Positions 35,607-41,502 of a stretch of 41,502 nt of DNA are shown one piece after another. The translations under genes were made by a program, and so were the position numbers. The stretch is taken from the NCBI GenBank assembly GCA_016200825.1, contig JACQEA010000335.1, positions 1 through 41,502 of the forward strand, given 5' to 3'. The notes beneath the pieces are model-generated. The model was not told where the DNA came from and did no database searches. It worked only from the letters and a program-made list of their open reading frames with translations. This DNA comes from Chloroflexota bacterium (GTDB taxonomy: Bacteria; Chloroflexota; Anaerolineae; UBA4142). Each line of letters begins with the position of its first letter. Position 1 is the first letter of the stretch.

Positions 35607-38012
35607 TTACTTCCTCACGATCACTTGACCAATCTTTGTTTCGCCCACAGACAAACGATCCGCGCTTTTCTGCAACGAAATTATTAAATCATAATTTTCA
35701 GAAGGCAGAGACGTGGGCAGAACAAGATCGTGCCAATCTAATAATACTTCGCCAACTTGCCAGCGCGTCGTCGCATACGCGCCCGCGGCGGGACGATCGA
35801 TTTGTTCAAACGCGATTACCCCCCGCCGATCCACGAGTTGAACCGCGATCTGATAATCCTCGCGCGGTTTTTCGCGCGCGCGCCAATACAATCCCAATGC
35901 AAGTGTTTCGCCCGGCGCAATTTGCTCCGGCAATTGTGTGGATCCCAAAAAGCGAATTTCGCGCATATCAACGCGCAATGGATTTTCGATGAAAAGCAAG
36001 TCGGCCGGAATGTTTGTTGTATCTTTGCTAACGGCAATCCGATCCAAAATAATTTCTTGCGCATCTTGCGCGATCAAGCGCGTTCCGGTTTGCGGATTCC
36101 AGACGCCAATGGTGATCGCGTATTCGCCCGGCGGCATTGTCCGCGGCAAGGCAAGTGTATATTGATCGCGATAAATTCCTCCGGCGCGCCAACTGGTGGT
36201 CGGTATTATTCCAGAGATCGGCTCGCGATCATCCTCCGCCCAAATGTGACCGCGCGAATCAATCAGATGAGCAAGCATAATATAGCGCGCACCGAGATCG
36301 CGATTTGCTTTCCATTCAACCACTACCCGCACGCTATCACCACCGCGGACGTTCGAGTTCGTCAAGATTGAATAACCAAGCAGGGTGATGTCGCCGTAAT
36401 TCGCATCAAGCGCGCGATGAAATGCGTTTGGCGCGGAAGAATAACCGAGCAAAGCGGCGCCATTATCAATCTGGATATGTCCAGCCGATTCGTACTGGAT
36501 CCAACCGTTGTCTAATTTTTTCCCGGGCGGCAAAGTTTTCGCGCGCAAGAGAAAATAGCCGTCGGTCTCGATCACGCTTTCAAAATAACCGGAGGCGCGC
36601 AAATTTTCCCACGTTGGTTTTTGAAACGCATACCACGCGCGCGTGCTATCGCCAAAAACAGACTGGGCATCGCGATGATCTATGTTGGGAGAAAATTCGA
36701 CGACGGAGAATTTTCGCGCATCCGAGAGCGGCATAAATAATTCCGGCTGCGCGACCACTTTGGATCCGCTTGGAATTTGCGTAATGATCTGATGTCCCAA
36801 TTGTGAATGCGCATCAAGAACAAAGTTGGAAGGTGAGAAAATATTTGCCCACGTGGAGGGCAAATAAAGTTGCGAACTGATAATGAGTAAAACGCCAAGC
36901 GCGGCTTGCGTTCGCATCGATTTATCAAGCAACCGCCGTATGCCGTAAATCGTACCGAAAAAAAGAAATGGCAAAAGGGGTGCTTGATAGTAAAAAGTTG
37001 GATCGGTCTGTTGCGGCAAATCACTCAACAACGTGTACGCCCATGCGGGGAGTGATATCGCGAAGACTTGCCAACCGATCAGCGGCAAGAACGCGAGGGG
37101 AGTTAACAAGTCGATACTAAATTCAATTTTTGTCGGAACCAGAATGTGCGCCAGCGCGATATCGGGGCGCGTGATCAGCGTTTTGATTACTTGATCGAAG
37201 GTTGTGCCCAAATAGGCATAGCGCTGTTCAAATTGAGGATAGATGGCGCCTTTGGCAGAAGCCGGATACAAAACAAGGATGATCAAAAGCGCCAAACCTA
37301 TCCCGGCTAAAAAAATAAAACCTCCCAAAAGTCTTTGACGTTGAACGAAAAAAATAAAGAGAGCAAATCCCGCCGCAATAAATGCGATTTCTTGTTTGAG
37401 CATCAACGCTAATCCCAAGCTGATGAAAAATGGAACATACCGCCGGCGCAAAAGAAAAAAGAGCGCGAACGAAAGCAATGGGACTGCAAGTTTGATCTCG
37501 TAAAAGACTGCCTGATTAATCACCAGCACAGACGGAGAAACCCAAAACGCGATTGCAACGATTAAGGCAAGCATCGGTCCAATCTGTTTGCGCCCAATCC
37601 AATACAACGGAAGCGCAGAAATCGCGAGTCCAAGCGATTGAACGATCAAAATCGCTTTTGGATTTGCCCACACTGAATAAACCGGAATCAGGGCGATGAG
37701 CAACGGATTAAAACGGTAGAGACTAAAAGAAAATGTTTGACCGCGCAAATAGCCAAGCAATATCCCGTCGAAATCGGCAAAATCGTGATAGCTGTTGAAC
37801 GAGTCATAGTTGTGCAATGCGTGCGTCGGCAATCCAATCAGCGCCACCAGCGCGAGCAGATAAAAAATCTTATCCACTCGGCGCGGGGTCAACCATTGTT
37901 GTAAGGATTTCAATTTATCAAGTTGCGCGACCGGCGGCGCAATAATATACATCGCGAGCGCGCTGATGAGCGCAAAAATAAATGCAACGGGATACGATTG
38001 AAAAATATTCAT
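35607..38012 (-). CDS. Large polytopic membrane protein, DUF2079-like N-terminal domain plus duplicated extracytoplasmic C-terminal module
   Basis: The 801-aa product has more than 10 hydrophobic segments. It is collinear with the paralog at 38062..40317 (PLYWIGRKQIG / PLYWFARKEIG; KQEIAF / KEDVAL; GYFESV..DGYFLLR / GYFETV..DGYFLAR). Confidence 0.6.
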   Translation of the reverse strand: MNIFQSYPVAFIFALISALAMYIIAPPVAQLDKLKSLQQWLTPRRVDKIFYLLALVALIGLPTHALHNYDSFNSYHDFADFDGILLGYLRGQTFSFSLYRFNPLLIALIPVYSVWANPKAILIVQSLGLAISALPLYWIGRKQIGPMLALIVAIAFWVSPSVLVINQAVFYEIKLAVPLLSFALFFLLRRRYVPFFISLGLALMLKQEIAFIAAGFALFIFFVQRQRLLGGFIFLAGIGLALLIILVLYPASAKGAIYPQFEQRYAYLGTTFDQVIKTLITRPDIALAHILVPTKIEFSIDLLTPLAFLPLIGWQVFAISLPAWAYTLLSDLPQQTDPTFYYQAPLLPFLFFGTIYGIRRLLDKSMRTQAALGVLLIISSQLYLPSTWANIFSPSNFVLDAHSQLGHQIITQIPSGSKVVAQPELFMPLSDARKFSVVEFSPNIDHRDAQSVFGDSTRAWYAFQKPTWENLRASGYFESVIETDGYFLLRAKTLPPGKKLDNGWIQYESAGHIQIDNGAALLGYSSAPNAFHRALDANYGDITLLGYSILTNSNVRGGDSVRVVVEWKANRDLGARYIMLAHLIDSRGHIWAEDDREPISGIIPTTSWRAGGIYRDQYTLALPRTMPPGEYAITIGVWNPQTGTRLIAQDAQEIILDRIAVSKDTTNIPADLLFIENPLRVDMREIRFLGSTQLPEQIAPGETLALGLYWRAREKPREDYQIAVQLVDRRGVIAFEQIDRPAAGAYATTRWQVGEVLLDWHDLVLPTSLPSENYDLIISLQKSADRLSVGETKIGQVIVRK

Positions 38013-38020
38013 AAGTCTGC

Positions 38021-38070
38021 TTGTGACGAAACCGCTGACGCATTATAATGCGAGTAATCGAATGAAACAA
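38021..38070. promoter_or_regulatory. Symmetric pair of overlapping divergent sigma70-like promoters sharing the palindrome CATTATAATG
   Basis: On the + strand, TTGTGA (38021..38026) is followed by 17 nt and TATAAT (38044..38049). On the - strand, TTGTTT (complement of 38065..38070) is followed by 17 nt and TATAAT (complement of 38042..38047). Confidence 0.35.
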
Positions 38071-40317
38071 TTTGCCGCGCGCGCTGACCGTATTTTTTTG
38101 CTAATGGTCGCGATGTATGCACTCACTTTCACCGCGCTTTCAATCCTTCGGCATCTGTCTTTCAACACCGGCGGATTCGATCTTGGCATTTTCGATCAAG
38201 TCGTTTGGAATTCTTTGCACGGCAGATTGTTCGAAAGTTCGATCTTACCCGACGCGCCGCTATTGATCAGCCAACGTTTTGCGCTGATTATGCTCGCGTT
38301 TGTTCCGCTCTACGCGCTGTGGTCGAGCCCAATCGTTCTGCTTGTGGCGCAAACGCTGGGGATTGTCGCGGGCGCGTTTCCCTTGTATTGGTTTGCAAGA
38401 AAAGAAATTGGACACAATCTCGCGTGCATGATCGTCGCCGCGTATTTTCTCTACCCCGCGCTCGAGTACGTCAATTTATTTCAATTCCACGAAATCGCGC
38501 TCGCGATTCCACTGCTTTCGTTCGCGACTTTTTTTCTGCTCCGCCAATCTTATCGCGCGTTTTTGTTAACCCTGGGCGCGGCGCTCTTGGTCAAAGAAGA
38601 TGTTGCGCTCGTCGCGATCGCGTTCGGCGTTTACATTTTTGTTTTTCAACGCGCGCGGCGATTGGGTTTGGCGGTGACATTTTTTTCCGCGGTTTGGACG
38701 ATTTTGTTGTTGCAATTCATCATTCCATTTTTTCGCGGCGACGAGTTTGCGGGCGCGGGCTTTTATTATTTCGGCAGCGGAATCGCACAAGGCCGCGGTC
38801 GCTACGATTATCTCGGCGCGAATCTATTCGAAATTCTCGCGACGCTGATTACGCAACCGAATGTGGTCCTGCAGCACATTTTAATTCCCGCCAAGATCGA
38901 ATTTATCGCCGCACTGTTTGCGCCGCTCGCGTTTCTGCCGCTCTTCGGCGCAGCAACGTTGATGGCATTGCCGACGCTCGCGATTTCATTGCTCAGCGAT
39001 TATCCGCCGCAATTCTCGATCATCTTTCACTACACCGCCGCGTTAATTCCATTTCTTTTCTTCGGCGCGATTGCCGCGCTGCGCCGCGTCCGCGCGCGCA
39101 ATCCGCGCTCCGCGCGATTTTCCGGCGCGATATTTTTGCTCGCCTCGCTCGCGAGTTATTTTACTCACGCGCCGGGTCCGTTTGCCGCGCGCTTTGAAAC
39201 ATTCCGCTACGCGCCCACCGATCACGACGCGCGCGCGGAAAATTTTCTCGGCGCGATCCCGCGCGATGCGCGCGTCGTCGCGCAAACCGAACTGACCGCG
39301 CATCTCTCCGAACGCGCGCGCATTTATGAATTCCCCGGCATTCCCGACTATCGTCAAGCCGATTATTTGATCGGCGACACCACGCGTTTGTGGTACAGCG
39401 TGCATCGCGAAATTTGGGCGCAGTGGTTCGCGACCGGCTATTTTGAAACCGTGCGCCAAGACGACGGTTATTTTTTGGCGCGCCGCGTCGCGCCCGCGCA
39501 TGTGCTCAATTTGAAATTTGACGGCGCGCTGAATCTCATTGGTTATACAATTCCAATCTCGACCACATTGCGCGGCGGAATGACTCTTCGTCCGATTTTG
39601 GAATGGCGCGCGGATTTACCAATGCTCGAACGTTATCGTTTTCAAATCGCGTTGTTTGATGCGCGCGGTCATCTCTGGGCGCGCGATGATCGCGAGCCGC
39701 AAGAAGGAAATTTGCCGACAACAAAATGGATCGTCGGAGAAAATAGCGGCGATCAATTCGCGCTCGCGCTCGAATCAACGATGCCGCCGGGGGAATATCA
39801 AATCGCGGTGAGCGTGTGCGACGCGCACGAAAAATGTTTGCGCGCGGGCGAACGCGGCGACGCGCCGATCATCGGCACGCTGCGAATCGAAAAAGATAAA
39901 TCATCTATTACCGCGAGCCAATTGCAAATCCCCAATCCGTTTTTCGTGGATCTGAATGAGATGCGCCTCTTGGGATTTACCGCGTTGCCGAAAAAAATTC
40001 TGGCGGGCGAAACTTTTTCACTCGGCGTCTTCTGGCGCGCGCGCGAAAAACCGCGCGGCGATTATCTCGTCGCGATTCAATTGCGCGATCGCGCGGGACG
40101 TATCGCGCTGGAACAAGTTTCTAAACCGGCGGATGGCGCGTATCCTACGCCGGAATGGAACGCGGGCGAAGTGCTGTTGGACTGGCATGATGTCGCGTTG
40201 CCCGAAAATTTTTTGGCGGGCGAGTACAATTTGTTTGTCGTTTTGCGCGCGGCGGAAAGTAAACTAGTTTTAGGCGAAGTATTGATCGGACCAGTAATGG
40301 TCGAACAAAAAAAATAA
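38062..40317 (+). CDS. Large polytopic membrane protein, DUF2079-like, paralog of 35607..38012
   Basis: FNTGGFDLGIFDQVVWNSLHG, PLYALWSSPIVLLVAQTLGIVAGAFPLYWFARKEIG, FHEIALAIPLL and VKEDVALV match my recollection of DUF2079. The start is either ATG 38062 or GTG 38023 (the ORF-track start). Confidence 0.65.
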   Translation: MKQFAARADRIFLLMVAMYALTFTALSILRHLSFNTGGFDLGIFDQVVWNSLHGRLFESSILPDAPLLISQRFALIMLAFVPLYALWSSPIVLLVAQTLGIVAGAFPLYWFARKEIGHNLACMIVAAYFLYPALEYVNLFQFHEIALAIPLLSFATFFLLRQSYRAFLLTLGAALLVKEDVALVAIAFGVYIFVFQRARRLGLAVTFFSAVWTILLLQFIIPFFRGDEFAGAGFYYFGSGIAQGRGRYDYLGANLFEILATLITQPNVVLQHILIPAKIEFIAALFAPLAFLPLFGAATLMALPTLAISLLSDYPPQFSIIFHYTAALIPFLFFGAIAALRRVRARNPRSARFSGAIFLLASLASYFTHAPGPFAARFETFRYAPTDHDARAENFLGAIPRDARVVAQTELTAHLSERARIYEFPGIPDYRQADYLIGDTTRLWYSVHREIWAQWFATGYFETVRQDDGYFLARRVAPAHVLNLKFDGALNLIGYTIPISTTLRGGMTLRPILEWRADLPMLERYRFQIALFDARGHLWARDDREPQEGNLPTTKWIVGENSGDQFALALESTMPPGEYQIAVSVCDAHEKCLRAGERGDAPIIGTLRIEKDKSSITASQLQIPNPFFVDLNEMRLLGFTALPKKILAGETFSLGVFWRAREKPRGDYLVAIQLRDRAGRIALEQVSKPADGAYPTPEWNAGEVLLDWHDVALPENFLAGEYNLFVVLRAAESKLVLGEVLIGPVMVEQKK

Positions 40318-40348
40318 CGCGGTATCAACTTGTTAATTACTACCGCAC

Positions 40349-40466
40349 CTTACGCACTGTCATTCTGAACGAAGTGAAGAATCTTGTTTTTCCAATGAAC
40401 ATCTGAATACAATTGGAACACCAAGACCCTTCGCTGACGCTCAGGGTGACGTTACTGCGTAACGTC
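40349..40466. repeat. About 118-bp MITE/REP-like element: imperfect inverted arms about 28 nt long around a 35-nt spacer, plus a perfect 8-bp/3-nt-loop hairpin
   Basis: The left arm gtcattctgaacgaagtgaagaatcttg (40359..40386) matches the reverse complement of caagacccttcgctgacgctcagggtgac (40422..40450), with 21 Watson-Crick pairs, 3 G-U pairs and 1 bulge. The flanks share ttacgca / tgcgtaa. The hairpin gacgttac-tgc-gtaacgtc lies at 40448..40466. Confidence 0.5.
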
Positions 40467-40824
40467 AATTGCTAAACTGATAGACGCGCCATTGCCCGGC
40501 GAAAAAAACTTGACTCCACCCTGCTTGATTTAATTCCTCGTTTTGCGTAATAAAGTAGAGCGGACGCGCGGTGCGTTTTTGCCACGCGGCAATCTCGACC
40601 CAATTGCGCCGCTTTAAAATATTTTCTTTGAACACAACCGACGGATCATTGACCGGTTCCGTAACGGGCAACGGCGTGAGCGAGCCTTCGCGCCACGTCA
40701 CATATTCCAACCACATTGGATTTTCCAAGAACATGGCATTCGGCGCGGTCTGCGCGCGAATCCAATCGTACAGCGCGATTTCATCCGGCTGTATCACGAC
40801 GCGCGCTTGTCCGCTCACAATCAT
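40465..40824 (-). CDS. Soluble C-terminal domain of the downstream membrane protein, in a different frame (frame-broken gene or separate small ORF)
   Basis: The plausible protein sequence is MIVSGQARVVIQPDEIALYDWIRAQTAPNAMFLENPMWLEY...RPLYFITQNEELNQAGWSQVFFAGQWRVYQFSN. The upstream part of the listed 40465..41337 ORF is Arg-rich off-frame sequence that overlaps the membrane-protein frame. Confidence 0.4.
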   Translation of the reverse strand: MIVSGQARVVIQPDEIALYDWIRAQTAPNAMFLENPMWLEYVTWREGSLTPLPVTEPVNDPSVVFKENILKRRNWVEIAAWQKRTARPLYFITQNEELNQAGWSQVFFAGQWRVYQFSN

Positions 40825-40841
40825 TCCACCGACGCCAATGA

Positions 40842-41502
40842 TCAACGCCGCCGCGCCACCGCATTCCCCGTGAGCAATTTCGTCAGCGCGCGATAAACGT
40901 ACTCTAAAAAGAAAAATGCGGCGAGCAAAACTCCGGTCCAAACTTCCCAGATCAACACGCGCGTCGCGCGCCATCGCGACCAATCGCGCGCGAGCGCGAT
41001 CAGTCCGGGAATGATGAGCAAAGTGAAAACCACGCCGAGTTCGGTTGGAATTTCCCACGGGCGCACGAAAAAAATCCAGAATCCGGTGACCAGCGTTTCG
41101 CTTAACTTGCCGATTCGCAACGCGTACGGCACAAGCCAAAAGGATGCGATGCCGAGCGATAATGCAAAAATCGCGGCGAAGCGACGCGCGTCCGCGCGTT
41201 GCGCGGTAAACCACAACGCGCTGATGATCGACGCGGCGAGAAGAAAAACAACGAGCATCGAATGATGATGAACAAAATAAATGCTTGCGAACGTTATCGC
41301 CGCGAAAATACCAGACGCGCGACCATGCGCGCACCACACGAGCGCGAACGCGGTGAGCAACAGCGTCATCGCGGTTTCATTCGGCAAACCACCCCAGCGA
41401 TAATAATCCAGACTTCCTAAATTCGCGATGAACGCGTACGCGAACGCGGACGCGCGCGCGAGTGAATCGCGCCCGAAAAAATTTTTTCCGATCACATACA
41501 CG
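40842..41502 (-). CDS. Polytopic membrane protein (GT-C / O-antigen-polymerase-like), 5' end beyond the right edge
   Basis: More than 219 aa of consecutive hydrophobic segments (…AITFASIYFVHHHSMLVVFLLAASIISALWF…LVTGFWIFFVRPWEIPTELGVVFTLLIIPGLIAL…). The reading frame is open to the window edge. It stops at TGA 40844..40842. Confidence 0.55.
   Translation of the reverse strand, partial: VYVIGKNFFGRDSLARASAFAYAFIANLGSLDYYRWGGLPNETAMTLLLTAFALVWCAHGRASGIFAAITFASIYFVHHHSMLVVFLLAASIISALWFTAQRADARRFAAIFALSLGIASFWLVPYALRIGKLSETLVTGFWIFFVRPWEIPTELGVVFTLLIIPGLIALARDWSRWRATRVLIWEVWTGVLLAAFFFLEYVYRALTKLLTGNAVARRR

Noticed and set aside
35861-35885. Perfect 25-nt inverted repeat with 40033..40057 (tggcgcgcgcgcgaaaaaccgcgcg)
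   Set aside because: It is explained by the conserved peptide WRAREKPR encoded in both oppositely oriented DUF2079-like paralogs. It is not an independent mobile-element terminus or recombination site, as far as can be seen.
35757-36371. 204-aa + strand ORF antisense to the 35607..38012 gene. The same reasoning applies to 1604..2125(-), 8795..9391(-), 9422..9967(-), 27276..27797(-), 19781..20275(-), 6365..6844(-) and 7332..7856(-).
   Set aside because: All of these lie antisense to, or out of frame within, genes with strong family motifs. None shows a recognisable domain, and their compositions are biased (Arg, Ser, Pro).
38205-39197. 330-aa + strand ORF inside the DUF2079-like gene in another frame
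   Set aside because: It is extremely Arg-rich (RRRVFSLPRARVRQ...), which is typical of off-frame translation of a GC-rich membrane-protein gene. The in-frame product has coherent hydrophobic helices and a paralog.
1-41502. Search for CRISPR arrays, tRNA/rRNA genes, transposases/integrases, toxin-antitoxin pairs and known defence-system genes
   Set aside because: I saw no direct-repeat/spacer periodicity and no cloverleaf-like or rRNA-like segments. No ORF had DDE, tyrosine/serine recombinase, nuclease-helicase or other defence hallmarks. Every long credible ORF is accounted for by glycan biosynthesis, export or membrane-protein functions.

Overview
This 41.5-kb window is dominated by one long co-directional cell-surface glycan biosynthesis and export locus on the + strand (271..35576). 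It holds about 33 tightly packed genes, many with 1-14 nt overlaps. A sigma70-like promoter and a MarR-like winged-helix regulator sit at its head. Three large polytopic membrane-protein genes follow it: two head-to-head DUF2079-like paralogs, and a third gene that is apparently frame-broken and runs off the right edge. A short 5' fragment of a minus-strand SDR gene lies at the left edge.

Recognisable content:
(i) A complete WbpA/B/E/D/I-type enzyme set for a UDP-2,3-diacetamido-2,3-dideoxy-hexuronic acid.
(ii) A PglC/D/E/F-type set for a di-N-acetylbacillosamine-like primer on polyprenyl phosphate.
(iii) One Wzm permease plus two tandem Wzt ATPases, indicating ABC-transporter-dependent export. 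No Wzx, Wzy, Wzz or WaaL was recognised.
(iv) Several extra SDR epimerase/dehydratases, an extra DegT aminotransferase, a GNAT, a WbqC-family protein and a possible deacetylase.
(v) The most unusual feature: a threefold iteration of AsnB-type glutamine amidotransferase + CgeB-like (Glyco_trans_1_2-like) transferase + SAM methyltransferase.

I recognised no rRNA, tRNA, CRISPR array, transposase, integrase or defence genes. All family calls come from reading motifs in the supplied translations and DNA. No database or HMM search was run, so product names are family-level hypotheses. The source organism is unknown.
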